DNA of 64,000 bases from an uncultured Actinomycetota bacterium (GTDB lineage Bacteria > Actinomycetota > Actinomycetes > Mycobacteriales > Mycobacteriaceae), in NCBI GenBank assembly GCA_963771335.1, contig CAVYTD010000024.1, positions 98,096 through 162,095 of the forward strand. The letters run 5' to 3'. Below are positions 10,282 to 27,567 of this stretch, piece after piece. How positions within the stretch are numbered: the stretch's first letter is position 1; every line of letters begins with the position of its first letter. The notes beneath the pieces are model-generated. The model saw nothing but the letters and a program-made list of their open reading frames with translations, searched no databases and was not told where the DNA came from. A program made the translations under genes and the position numbers.

Positions 10282-11028
10282 GTGGAACCGGTCTTCCGCA
10301 TGCTGGAAATCGCGGCGAAACTTGCGGTCAGGGCCACGGGGACACGGATCACCTTTCAGGGACTGGATAACCTGCCCCTCTCCGGCGGCGCTGTCGTCGC
10401 GATCAACCACACCGGCTACGTCGACTTCCTGCCCGCTGCGCTGGCGGCTATGAACCGCAAGCGCCGGATGCGCTTCATGATCAAGGCGGAGATGAACGAG
10501 GTGAAGCCTGTCAGCTGGCTGATCCGGCACACCGGCACAATTCCGGTGGACCGGCGCGCCGGAGCAGGGGCATTTGCCGCCGCCGTGGAGTCGCTGCGCC
10601 GCGGCGAGATCGTCGGCGTGTACCCGGAGGCCACCATCAGCCGAAGCTTCGAACTCAAGGAGTTCAAGACCGGCGCGGTGCGGATGGCCCTGGAAGCTCA
10701 CGTGCCGATCGTGCCGATGATTGTCTGGGGAGCGCAGCGAATGTGGACCAAGGACCATCCAAGAGCGCTGGGGCGCAACAAGTTCCCGATCACCGTGTCG
10801 ATCGGTGAACCCATCCCGCCGGACGGCACCATTGAGGAGCTTCTCGCTACCATGCGCTCGGAGATGACCCGGTTGCTGCACACCGTGCAGACCACCTACC
10901 CGCGGCCACAGGGGGCCTTCTGGCTGCCACAACACCTCGGCGGCACCGCGCCGACGCCGGCCGAGGCCAGGAGCCTGGAAGCGGCGGAACTCGCCGAACG
11001 CGCACGCAGGCAGGCCGATCGCCCATGA
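10282..11028 (+). CDS. Lysophospholipid acyltransferase paralog (Rv3814c/Rv3815c-like)
   Basis: NHTGYVD and YPEAT motifs; tandem paralog of the upstream gene. Confidence 0.92.
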   Translation: MEPVFRMLEIAAKLAVRATGTRITFQGLDNLPLSGGAVVAINHTGYVDFLPAALAAMNRKRRMRFMIKAEMNEVKPVSWLIRHTGTIPVDRRAGAGAFAAAVESLRRGEIVGVYPEATISRSFELKEFKTGAVRMALEAHVPIVPMIVWGAQRMWTKDHPRALGRNKFPITVSIGEPIPPDGTIEELLATMRSEMTRLLHTVQTTYPRPQGAFWLPQHLGGTAPTPAEARSLEAAELAERARRQADRP

Positions 11029-11864
11029 CGCCACCTGTGCAGGACCGTGATCACAAGCCGGCGCTGATCGCCACCGATGTGGATGGCACGCTGCTCGACG
11101 ACGACGAGAAGGTCAGCTCACGAACCCGCGCAGCCGTGCGCGCGGTCGTCGACGCGGGCGCGCAGTTCGTGCTCGCCACCGGCCGGCCGCCCCGGTGGGT
11201 CCGGCCCATCGTCGACCAGTTGGGGATCGCCCCGATGGCGGTGTGCGCCAACGGGGCGGTGATCTATGACCCCTCGACTGATCGCATCGTCTCGGTACGC
11301 ACGCTGTCAGCCGACGCTCTCGGCGAACTCGCCGAGATCGCCACCCGGGTGATCCCCGGAGCGGGCCTGGCCGTCGAACGGGTGGGTCGAAGCGCGCACG
11401 ACGCGGCCACCCCGCAGTTCGTCAGCTCGCCGGGGTACGAGCACGCGTGGCTGAACCCCGACAACACCGAGGTGTCGATCGAGGATCTGCTCAGTGCGCC
11501 CGCCGTCAAGCTGCTGATCCGCAAGGCGGGTGCCCGCAGCGCGGACATGGCCGCTGAACTGGCCAAGCACATCGGGATCGAGGGGGACATCACCTACTCC
11601 ACCAACAACGGTCTGGTGGAGATCGTGCCGCTGGGCGTGAGCAAGGCCACCGGGATCGAGGAGTTGGCGCGCCCGCAGGGGATCACCGCCGCAGCGGTGG
11701 TGACGTTCGGTGACATGCCCAACGACGTGCCGATGCTGGGCTGGGCGGGCCTGGGTGTGGCGATGGGCAATGCCCATCCCGACGCGATCGCCGCCGCGGA
11801 CGAGGTGACGACCACCAACGTCGAGGACGGCGTGGCCCGGGTTCTCGAACGTTGGTGGCTGTAA
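11025..11864 (+). CDS. Cof-type HAD hydrolase (Rv3813c-like)
   Basis: DVDGT, ATGR, SKATG, FGDMPND. Confidence 0.93.
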   Translation: MTPPVQDRDHKPALIATDVDGTLLDDDEKVSSRTRAAVRAVVDAGAQFVLATGRPPRWVRPIVDQLGIAPMAVCANGAVIYDPSTDRIVSVRTLSADALGELAEIATRVIPGAGLAVERVGRSAHDAATPQFVSSPGYEHAWLNPDNTEVSIEDLLSAPAVKLLIRKAGARSADMAAELAKHIGIEGDITYSTNNGLVEIVPLGVSKATGIEELARPQGITAAAVVTFGDMPNDVPMLGWAGLGVAMGNAHPDAIAAADEVTTTNVEDGVARVLERWWL

Positions 11865-11869
11865 GGCAA

Positions 11870-13509
11870 TCAGACGGGGTTGATCGGCGGGGTGAATCGC
11901 TCGAGCTGGATCGGGGCGAGATCGGCTGGTGGCGGCGGCAATTCGACGGGCACGCCGTCGATGACCCGGGTGACCGTGCCGTTCTCGCGGTCGAAGTTGA
12001 GGGTGCCGTGCTGGAAGTTCTGCACGATCCACAGCGGCTCGGCGATCTCGGCGCTGGTCGGCAGGCCCAGCGCACCCCGTTCGAATCCGAGTGCGCCCCA
12101 TGCCTTGTAGAGCGCGCCGGTGACGGGCTCGGCCCCGCTTTCCGGAGACCAGTAGAGCGCGCCTCGTTCGAAGGTGACGTAGCGCGCGGAGCCCTCGCCC
12201 GAGGCCTCGGGCGACGTCGGCCTGCCCAGGTAGCTGTTCATGCCGCCCAACGAATCCCATTTCGCGAAGATCGCGCCACCGCGCAGCATCTCGGCCAGCT
12301 GCTCGGGCCCCGGCGGATCGTTGAATCGTGCTGCGATGTCGCGGATCTGGTCCATCAGCGCGTAAGCCGCGTTGCCTGGGCACTCGGTGATGCCGACGTC
12401 GCGGTGGGTGAAGATCGTCGGCAACCTCGGGGATGCGCCGAACGGGAACTTGGTGAACGAGCCGCCTTCTGAGGGCAGCACGACGGTGCCACGCGGATCG
12501 ACTCCGGTCTGGCCGAGCACCCAGCCGAGAAGCCTTGCCGTGGTGCGCAACTGGATCGGGGTCGGGGGCACCACCTCGAAGTTGCCGAGCATGGCCACGC
12601 CCCAGGTGTTGTGGTTGAAGCCGCCGGTGTGTGCGCCCTCCACGGGCCGGGTCATGCCACCGGCGCGGCCCTCGAAGACCTGTCCGTACTTGTCCACCAG
12701 CGCGTTGTAGGCGATGTCGCACCAGCCCAGCGTGCGGGTGTGGTACTCGTAGATCGATCTGACGATCCCCGCCGAGTCCCCGGGCGTGTAGTCATTGCTG
12801 CCCGCGGTGTGGTGCACCACCCCCGCCTGGATTCTGGTGTCGTACCGCGGCTCGTCCGCAGCGCATCCCCTCGTCGGCGCCCCACTGTGCGCGGTTGATG
12901 ATGTGCGGCGGTTGCCCGGGGGGCGTCGCCGCGTTCGGCAGCGGCACCAGATCGGCCGGGGTCTCCGGGGGGCTGATCAATACGGCGTTGATGTTCTGCC
13001 CGAACGGTTGCTCCACGGTGGCGGGCAGGTAACCCAAGCCTGGTCCCGCGCCGGCGTTGCGGGCCGGTTCGGGCGTCTCGGTGCCGATGACCGGTGCATC
13101 GGCCGGACGGGTGACGGCGATCTGGACGGTGGTGGTGCGTCCCACGAAGACAGGGTCGGTACCTCGTAAACCACCCCGCCCGGGCGTATCGGGGCCGACG
13201 CCTTCGAGCTGTTCGGCCTCGTACCACGGCCCCCAGGAGCCGTCGGGCTTCTTCGCGCGCACCCGCGCGGCGGTGCCGGTGAGGTCCTGGGAGGTCAGCG
13301 CGACCAGTGAGAACGGCGTGTCCTGATGGATCTCGCGGATCGTCTCGCCGCCGCCAACGTCGGTCAGCGGTTGCTGAACGACTTGCGGGGCTCTGGGCAG
13401 CCGGTTGCTGCTCGTCACCGGGCACGCCGGTGATCGCCCATGGCAGGAGCGCCACTGTCGCCGCGAGAGCGGTGAACAGTATCGACGGCGCGGGACGGCG
13501 ATACAGCAC
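11870..13509 (-). CDS. N-acetylmuramoyl-L-alanine amidase (PGRP-like) with LGFP repeats (Rv3811-like), with indels
   Basis: HHTAG, GWCDIAYN, HRDV..TECPG; LGRPTSPE and LGLPTSAE repeats; N-terminus split over frames. Confidence 0.9.
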
Positions 13510-13586
13510 GGACTGATGTTACGTATGTGTCAGATGATGCACGTGTTTCGACACGGCGATTCGGCCGACCAAATCGGCGCACCTGC

Positions 13587-13627
13587 AACGGCACCGCAGA
13601 GCGTGCTGGCGCTTCTGCGGTGCCGTT
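13587..13627 (-). terminator. Intrinsic hairpin downstream of erp
   Basis: aacggcaccgcaga-gcg ... cgc-t-tctgcggtgccgtt inverted repeat. Confidence 0.7.
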
Positions 13628-13669
13628 CGGTGGCAGGCTTTTGCCGAGGAACGCCGGGGACGCCGGGGG

Positions 13670-14588
13670 CTAAGCGCCGGCCTCGATGGCCGCCTCGGCC
13701 GCTCCGAGGGGCGCTGCTGCCGCGGCTCCGGCGGCCGGTGCGACCGGCGGCGGCTCCCGGCACACCCGCGGGCTTGACCGCCGACATGATCGCAGGCATC
13801 AGGATGCCCTTGAGCAGGTCGATCGCCTCGCCGGCACCCAACTGATTGGCCGCGCTGGTCAGATCGCCGAGCAGACCACCGCTGCCGGCCGCCGGGGCGG
13901 CGGCCAGCGACGGATCACCCAGGATCGGGTAGGCGCCCAGCGCAGGGTCCAGGCCGATCGGCGCGGAGATCGGGATCTCACCCGTCAGGGGCAGTCCAGA
14001 GGTCGAGATCGGGGCAGCGCCCAGCGCAGAATCGGTCAACGCAGGCGGTGTGGTCAGACCCGGTGTGGTCAGACCGGGCGTCGTCAGTCCCGGATCGGTC
14101 AGCGACGGTGTGGTCAGGCCCGGCGTGGTCAGTCCCGGCGAGGCCAGTGCCGGATCGGTCAGCGACGGCGTCGTCAAACCCGGCGTGGTCAGTCCAGGTA
14201 GCGCACCGGTCGGGCTGGTCAGCGCGGGATTGGCGAGACCGGGATCGGTCAGCGCCGGCAACCCGGTCAGGCCCGGTGCCGTCAGGCCGGTGGATCCGAG
14301 CCCGGGTGCGAACGTGGTGGGCGCCGTCGCGCCCGTTCCGGTGAGCAGGCTCGTCGGCAGCGGCGGCAGGTTGATGCCGAACTGGGAGAGGCCCTGGGAC
14401 AGGGCGGAGATCAGCTCGCCCGGTAGATCGGTGATGGTGGCGGCCTGGACGAACTCGCGGTGCTGCGGAGCACCCTCGGGGGCGGCGGACAGCTCGGATA
14501 CGGCAATAAGAGCTACAGGACTCGCGACTGCCAGAGCGGCGACTGTGCTCAAGGCTGTCGAGAGCCGGCGTCGACGTCGGTTCGGCAC
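13670..14588 (-). CDS. pirG: Exported repetitive protein Erp/PirG
   Basis: MPNRRRRRLS signal, LSQGLSQFGINLPP, PGLTT repeats; true stop probably the TAG at 13670 after a 3' indel. Confidence 0.9.
14030..14260 (-). repeat. Erp PGLT(T/S) and PSLTD 15-bp coding tandem repeats
   Basis: Repeated gtggtcag.cccg and ggatcggtcagcg units. Confidence 0.85.
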
Positions 14589-14796
14589 GGAAGTCTCCTC
14601 AATACATGGACGTAGAAATTCGGCTACCTGAAGCGGCTACCTGCGTAAAGCTTCGTACGCGCTCGATGGTACTGATGTGACTGGTGGGACTAGAGTGACG
14701 ATGCAGAATTGTGAGCCAATTGCGACCTCCGCGGCTCGGTCAACTCGGGTCTGGCCGTCGGGGTCGGATACCCTGACTGCCGATGTTCTCCTCTGA

Positions 14797-18010
<3,214 letters not shown>

Positions 18011-18021
<11 letters not shown>

Positions 18022-18574
18022 TCCGATTGCGCCGCCCGCGGGGGAGGACCTCGCATTGGTGGCGGTGCAGTCGGCGCTCGCCGACCGGCCCGGGGTGCTG
18101 GCCATTGCCCGGGGGCTCTCACATTTCGGTGAGCACAGCATCGGATGGCTGGCGATCGCCGCCCTCGGTGCGCTGGTGTCCCCGCGGCACCGCCGTGATT
18201 ACCTGACCGCGGGCGCGGGCGCATTCCTGGCGCATGCCTGCGCCGTGGTGATCAAGCGCGTGGTGCGCCGGCAACGGCCGCACCACCCGGCGATCGCGGT
18301 CAACGTCGGTACGCCGAGCCGGCTGAGCTTTCCTTCGGCACATGCGACTTCGACGACCGCGGCGGCGGTGCTGCTGGCCCGACCCACCGGGTTGCCGCTG
18401 CCCGCCTTGCTGGTCCCGCCGATGGCGTTGTCCCGCTTGGTTCTCGGCGTCCACTACCCGAGCGACGTGCTCACCGGGGTCGCCGTCGGGGCGGTCGTCG
18501 CTGAAATTGTCGGCAAGGCGGTTGGCCGGCCGACCGGGTCGGAGGACAGCAATGAGCGCATCCCAGGTCGGTGA
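18011..18574 (+). CDS. PAP2 phosphatase, putative decaprenylphosphoryl-5-phosphoribose phosphatase (Rv3807c-like)
   Basis: KRVVRRQRP, SFPSAH, SRLVLGVHYPSD. Confidence 0.92.
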
Positions 18575-19496
18575 GCGAGACCAGCTCGACCGCCGGACCC
18601 CCGAAGAATCTCGCCGCCGGTTTCGTCAAGGCGATGCGGCCTCGCCAGTGGGTGAAGAACATCCTGGTCTTCGCCGCCCCGGTGGCCGCACTCGGTGACG
18701 ACCGCTACGTCTACGACTACCGCGAAGTCCTGGTCAGGGTGCTGCTCGCGTTCGTCGTCTTCAGCCTGGCCGCGTCCTGCGTCTACCTCGTCAACGACGC
18801 CCGCGACGTCGAGGCCGACCGTGCGCACCCGACCAAGCGGTTCCGCCCGATCGCGGCGGGGGTGGTGCCGGAGTGGCTGGCCTACACGCTGGCCGCTGGT
18901 GCTCGGCGTTGCCTCGCTGGCGATCGCGTGGCTGGTCGACGCCCGAACCTGGCGGTGGTCATCGCCGTCTACATCGCGATGCAGCTGGCCTACTGCTTCG
19001 GGCTCAAGCATCAGGCCGTCTCGACATCTGCATCGTCTCGTCGGCTTACCTGATCCGCGCGATCGCCGGGGGCGTCGCGGCCGAGCATCCCGCTGTCCCA
19101 ATGGTTCCTGCTGATGATGGCGTTCGGATCGCTGTTCATGGTGGCCGGAAAGCGTTATGCCGAACTGCAGCTCGCCGAGCGCACCGGCGCGAAGATCCGC
19201 AAATCGCTGGAAAGCTACACGAGCGTCCTACCTGCGCTTCGTGTGGACGGTGGCGGCGACCGCCATGGTGCTCTGCTACGGCCTGTGGGCCTTCGAACGC
19301 GATGGCGACCGACGGCACGTCCTGGTATGCGTGATCTCGATGGTGCCGTATCACCATCGCGATCCTGCGGTACGCCGTCGACGTCGACGGCGGCATGGCC
19401 GGTGAACCCGAGGAGATCGCGCTGAAGGACCGGGTACTGCAGCTGCTGGCGCTGGCGTGGATCGGAACCATCGGTGCCGCAGTCTTCCTCGGCTGA
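18571..19496 (+). CDS. ubiA: Decaprenyl-phosphate phosphoribosyltransferase (several indels)
   Basis: RPRQWVKN, YLVNDARDVEADRAHPTK, GKRYAEL, PEEIALKD spread over frames. Confidence 0.93.
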
Positions 19497-21563
19497 CAGG
19501 CTGAGCGCCACGGCGGCGGGCCGCCTGACCACCGCGGTGGCGGGCCGGCTGCGCCGCTGGCCCGCGTTTCCGTACGACGTCTCGGTCCGGATCAGTCTCT
19601 GGGTCAGCGTGACGGTGGTGTCCGTGCTGTTCGGCTGGGGTGCCTGGCAGCGCCGCTGGATCGCCGACGACGGGCTGATCGTGTTGCGCACGGTGCGAAA
19701 CCTGCTGGCGGGCAACGGTCCTGTCTTCAATGCCGGTGAGAGGGTGGAGGCCAACACGTCCACGGTGTGGTCCTTCCTGGTCTACTTCGGCGGGCTGGTC
19801 GCCGGTTCCGCGCGGCTCGAGTACGTGGTGCTGACATTGGCTTTGGTGCTCAGCGTGCTCGGCGTCGCGCTGGTCATGCTCGGCACGGCGCGGCTGTACG
19901 CGCCGAGCCTCACGGGGCAGGCGCGCGCTGCTGCTGCCCGCGGGCGCGCTGGTCTACATCGCGGTGCCGCCCGCCCGGGACTTCGCCACCTCCGGTCTCG
20001 AAAACGGCTTGGTGCTGGCCTATCTCGGGCCTGCTGTGGTGGATGATGGTCTGCTGGTCGCAAAGCCTGCGCCGGACCGAGATACCCGAGCACGTCGCAG
20101 GCTGTTCGACACCGTCGCTCGCCGTGGTCGCCGGCCTGTCAGCGTGCTGGTGCGGCCCGGAACTCGCGCTCGTCGGTGGCCTCGCGCTGGTGATGATGCT
20201 GGTCGCGGCACCCGGGCTGGCGGCGGCGTGCAGTGATCGTCGTTGCGGGCGGCCTGCTTCCGGTGGCCTATCAGATCTTCCGGATGGGGTACTACGGCCT
20301 GCTGGTTCCCGGCACCGCGTTGGCCAAGGATGCCTCGGGGTCCAAGTGGCAGCAGGGCTTCGTCTATCTCGCCAACTTCAACCAGCCCTACCTGCTGTGG
20401 GCGCCGGCGGTACTGCTGATCGGGCTGGCGGTCATGGTGATGCTGTTGCGTGGCCGGCCGTCGTGGGTCAACCGCAGCGCCCCACCGGGCTCCGGCTGGC
20501 TGGCGCGGACGGTGCAGAACCCACCCGCGGTGGTGGCGTTCATGCTCGTCAGCGGCGCCCTGCAGGCGCTGTACTGGATCCGCCAGGGCGGCGACTTCAT
20601 GCACGGCCGGGTGCTGCTGACACCGCTGTTCTGCCTGCTGGCGCCGGTCGCGGTCATTCCGCTGATGTTGCCGGACAGCTCGCGGATGGCCCGCGGCGCC
20701 GGCTACCTGTACGCAGGCGCCACCAGCGTGCTGTGGCTGGCGGTCGGCGGGCTGGGCGCTGTGGGCGGCCAACTCGCCGGGGATGGGCGCCGACGCGACC
20801 CGCGTGACCTACACGGGCATCGTCGACGAACGTCGCTTCTATGCGCAGGCGACCGGCAACCCGCACCCGCTGACGGCGGCGGACTACCTCGACTACCCGC
20901 GGATGCGCGCGGTGGTGACCGCCATCGAGAACACCCCGGACGGCGCGCTGCTGCTGCCCGCGGGCAACTACGACCTCTGGGATGTCGTGCCGGCGATACC
21001 CGCCGCCGCCGGACGCGCCGCCGGACTACATCGGGCCGCACACGGTCTTCTTCACCAACCTCGGCATGCTGGGCATGAACGTCGGACTCGACGTCAGGGT
21101 GATCGATCAGATCGGCCTGGCCAACCCATTGGCGGCCCACACCGCGAGGCTCGAGGACGGCCGCATCGGCCACGACAAGAACCTGTTCCCCGACTGGGCG
21201 GTGGCCGAGGGTCCGTTCCTCAAAGAGGAGCCCTACATCCCGACCTATCTTGACGAGGACTGGATCAGGCAGGCGGAGGCGGCGCTGAAGTGCCCCGAGA
21301 CCGAGTCCGTCCTGACCGCGATCCGGGCTCCGATGGGGCCACGGCGGTTCCTGTCGAACCTGGTCAACGCCGTGCAGTTCACCCGATACCGCATCGACAG
21401 GGTGCCGCGCTACGAGCTCGCGCGGTGCTGGCTGCCGGTGCCGGAACCGGTGAACCCGCCGTACACCGGACTGCCCCCGACGGGGCCCGATGAACCAGCG
21501 GGCGATTTGTGGCGAGCGAGGGTTTTCTGCTTTCGTAACGCTGGAGCCATGTCGGTCAGATAA
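19474..21563 (+). CDS. aftB: Arabinofuranosyltransferase AftB (several indels)
   Basis: RRWIADDGLIVLRTVRN, GGDFMHGR, IVDERRFY, RIGHDK. Confidence 0.93.
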
Positions 21564-21595
21564 GGCATGTGACGGGGACCGCGAACGGGTCATGA

Positions 21596-22797
<1,202 letters not shown>

Positions 22798-22831
22798 ACG
22801 CTGCCGGAGCGCGACGAAACATCGACGATAT

Positions 22832-22868
22832 TGACGGCGGTGATCCCCACTCGGGGTCACCGCCGTCA
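22832..22868 (+). terminator. Hairpin after fbpA
   Basis: tgacggcggtga-tcccc-actc-gggg-tcaccgccgtca. Confidence 0.75.
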
Positions 22869-22878
22869 GTCGCTTTAG

Positions 22879-23847
<969 letters not shown>

Positions 23848-23882
23848 CCGGGGCCTCACTGGGCGGCCGGTACCTTGGAGGA

Positions 23883-24363
23883 GTGCAGCACGGGTCAAGG
23901 ACGGCGATCGCGGGGATGTCGCTATTGGTGGCATCGTCGGCGGCCCTTCTGACGGGGTGCTCGTTGAGCGACGACATGATGTCGGGCCTGGGACCGGAGG
24001 TCGAGACCGCGCCCGCCCATGGGCAGTCCAGCGCCCAGCTCCCCGGTCCTGCGCAGCCGGGCCCACAATCCAACGCCCTGGTCGTCACCCCGCGGCAGCG
24101 CGCGTACCTCGACGCGCTGCGCGCGGCCGGTGTGACACCGTCCAGCGACCTGACGGCGCTGAGCATCGGTTCCTATGTCTGTCAGGCGCGCGCGGCCAGG
24201 CAGACCGATCAGGCGGTGTGGGACTTCGTGGCGCCGCTGGTGCGCAACGACGTCAGCGACACGGCGCGACGGCGTCGGCGCCAGAGCAATGGCGCCGCCC
24301 GCGGGCGAGGTTCATTCCGCCACCTCCGATTACATTCGGATCGCGACAGACGAACTCTGCTAG
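23883..24363 (+). CDS. DUF732-family lipoprotein (indel near 24270)
   Basis: LLTGC lipobox; AYLDAL..G, IGSYVC and C-terminal ATDELC. Confidence 0.75.
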
Positions 24364-24380
24364 CAGGAGCAAAGAACTCA

Positions 24381-25394
24381 ATGGCCAAGTCCAACCGGCG
24401 GAAACGCCATCGCCTTCTCGCGCTGTTCGCAGCCGGTGCGGTGGGCCTTGTCGTGGTGCTGATCGTGGCGATCGTGATCGTCGTCCTGCGCAGTCCCGAC
24501 ACCCCGCCGACCGCCGTACCGCCCAGCGCGGTCCCGCCGACGGCCGTCCCGCCGACGGGCACGAAGCCGCGCCCGGAGTTCCAGGACGCCAGCTGTCCGG
24601 ACGTCCAGCTGATCTCGATTCCCGGCACGTGGGAGTCGTCGGTGCAGCTCGACCCGTTCAACCCGGTGCAGTTCCCGGCCGCGCTGCTGCTCAACGTCAC
24701 CAACCCGATCCGGGCGACAGTTCGGCGCCGGAGCGGCTCGAGGTGTTCACCGTTCCGTACACCGCGCAGTTCCACAATCCGCTGTCGGCGGACAAGCAGA
24801 TGTCCTACAACGACAGCCGCGCCGAGGGCACCCGCGCTGCGGTGCAGGCGATGACGGACATGAATACCCGCTGCCCGCTGACCAGCTATGTCCTGGTCGG
24901 GTTCTCGCAAGGGGCGGTGATCGCCGGTGATATCGCCAGCGACATCGGCAACGGCCGCGGGCCCGTCGACCAGGATCTCGTGCTCGGCGTGACGCTGATC
25001 GCCGACGGCCGCCGTCAGGCAGGGGCCGGGCAGGAGATCGGACCCAACGCCGCCAGGCCAGGGTGCGGAGATCACGCTGCACGAGGTACCCACGCTCTCG
25101 GCGCTCGGTCTGACGATGTCGGGACCCCGCCCGGGCGGATTCGGGATGCTCAACGACCGGACCAACGAGATCTGCGCGCGCGGCGATCTGATCTGTGCGG
25201 CGCCGGAGTCGGCGTTCAACATCACCCAGTTGCCCAGGACGCTGGAGGTGCTCAGCGGCGGTGCGGGCCAACCCGTGCACGCGATGTACGCCACGCCGGA
25301 TTTCTGGAATCTCGACGGTCAACCTGCGACGCAGTGGACACTGAACTGGACGCAGGGGCTGATCGATAACGCTCCGCAGCCAAAACATGGCTGA
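24381..25394 (+). CDS. Cutinase-like phospholipase/thioesterase Culp6 (Rv3802c-like), indels
   Basis: [11 protein letters not shown] plus TM segment, [25 protein letters not shown]. Confidence 0.92.
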
Positions 25395-25585
25395 CACGTG
25401 ACCGGGTTGATTTGTCCTGCGTGACGGCCTAGACCTAACATGGCCTAACATTAAGGGAAATCTAAGAGTTGTGACCGGCTGCTTGACGGGTCGGGAGCCC
25501 TCTGCCCGGTACGATCTTCGGCTGGGACGAAATCCCTTATGGATGGAGCGGGATCACCGAATCCCGTTTGATTGGAGTGTGTGAG

Positions 25586-27477
25586 ATGGCCTTCCACAAC
25601 CCGTTCATCAAGGACGGATTGATCAAGTTCCCCGACAACGGGAGCCTGGTCAAGCACGTCGAACGATGGGCGCGGGTGCGTGGGGACAAGGTCGCCTACC
25701 GTTTCGTCGACTTCTCCACCGAGCGGGACGGTGTCGTGAGGGATCTGAGCTGGGCGGTGTTCGGCAAGCGCAACAAGGCGGTCGCTGCCCGGCTGCAGCA
25801 GGTCACCGCAGCCCGGTGACCGGGTTGCGATCCTGTGCCCGCAGAACCTCGAGTACCTCATCGCCTTCTTCGGCACGCTGTACTCCGGGCGCATCGCGGT
25901 GCCGCTGTTCGATCCGTCCGAACCCGGCCACGTCGGCCGCCTGCACGCGGTGCTCGACGACTGCCGGCCGACCGCGATCCTGACCACCACCGAGGCGGCC
26001 GAAGGGGTGCGGAAGTTCTTCCGGAGCCGTCCGGCCAACGAACGCCCGCGCGTCATCGCCGTCGATGCGGTGCCCGACGAGGTCGGCGCCACCTGGGAGC
26101 CGGTCGACGTCCAACACGACACCATCGCCTACCTGCAGTACACCTCCGGTTCCACGCGCATCCCGACCGGCGTGCAGATCACGCACCTGAACCTGGCGAC
26201 CAACGTCGTGCAGGTGATCGAGGCGCTGCAGGGCGAAGAGGGGGACCGCGGCGTTTCGTGGCTGCCGTTCTTCCATGACATGGGTCTGATCACGGTGCTG
26301 CTGCCCACGGTGATCGGCCACTACATCTCCTTCATGACCCCCGCCGCGTTCGTCCGCAGGCCGGGTCGCTGGATCCGCGAGATGGCGCGCAAGCCCGAGG
26401 ACACCGGCGGCGTCATCTCGGTGGCGCCGAACTTCGCGTTCGACCACGCCGCGGTGCGCGGGCTGCCCAAGGAGGGCGAGCCGCCGCTGGACCTGTCGAA
26501 CGTCAAGGCGCTGCTCAACGGCAGCGAGCCGATCTCGGCGGCCACCGTGCGCAACTTCAACGAGGCGTTCGGTCCGTACGGCTTCCGGCCGCAGGCGATC
26601 AAGCCGTCCTACGGTCTGGCCGAGGCGACACTGTTCGTGTCGTCGACACATATCAACGAGTCGCCGAAGATCATCACCGTCGACCGGGATCAGCTCAACA
26701 ACCACCGCTTCGTCGAGGTGCCTACCGACTCGCCGAGCGCTGTCGCGCAGGCGTCGGCCGGAATCGTCGGCCTCGCCGAGTGGGCGGTCATCGTCGACGC
26801 CGAGTCGGCGTCCGAGCTGCCCGACGGCCAGATCGGCGAGATCTGGATCAGCGGTCAGAACATGGGCACCGGCTACTGGGGCAAAGCCGGACGAGACCGC
26901 GAGACTTTCCATAACATCCTCAAGTCGCGCACCAGTCCGTCGCACGCCGAACGGTGCCACCGACGACGCGACGTGGGTGCGCACCGGTGACTACGGCGCC
27001 TTCCACGACGGCGAGCTCTACATCACCGGTCGCGTCAAGGATCTGGTGATCATCGACGGCCGCAACCACTACCCGCAGGACCTGGAGTACTCCGCGCAGG
27101 AGTCGACCAAGGCGCTGCGGACCGGTTTCGTCGCGGCGTTCTCGGTGCCCGCCAACCAGCTTCCCGACGAGGTGTTCGACGACACCCATGCCGGCCTCAA
27201 GCGCGACCCCGACGACAGCTCCGAACAGCTGGTCATCGTCGGCGAGCGCGCGCCGGGGGCGCACAAGCTCGAGATGGGCCCGATCGCCGACGACATCCGC
27301 GCCGCGATCGCGGTGCGCCACGGCGTGACGGTGCGCGATGTGCTGCTGACCCCGGCAGGCGCGATCCCGCGGACGTCGAGCGGCAAGATCGGTCGGCGGG
27401 CCTGCCGGTCGGCCTACCTCGACGGCAGCCTGCGCAGCGGCAAGGTCGCCAACGCCTTCCCGGACGAGTCGGACTGA
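25586..27477 (+). CDS. fadD32: Fatty acyl-AMP ligase FadD32 (indels)
   Basis: MAFHNPF start, [28 protein letters not shown]; upstream of pks13. Confidence 0.96.
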
Positions 27478-27567
27478 CGACCAACAGAACAACCGGCAAC
27501 GGCGGCCTCCGGTCGCCGTGCCCGATTGCGGCCACCGGCCGCGTGTCGATCGTGAGGTTATGTGAAC

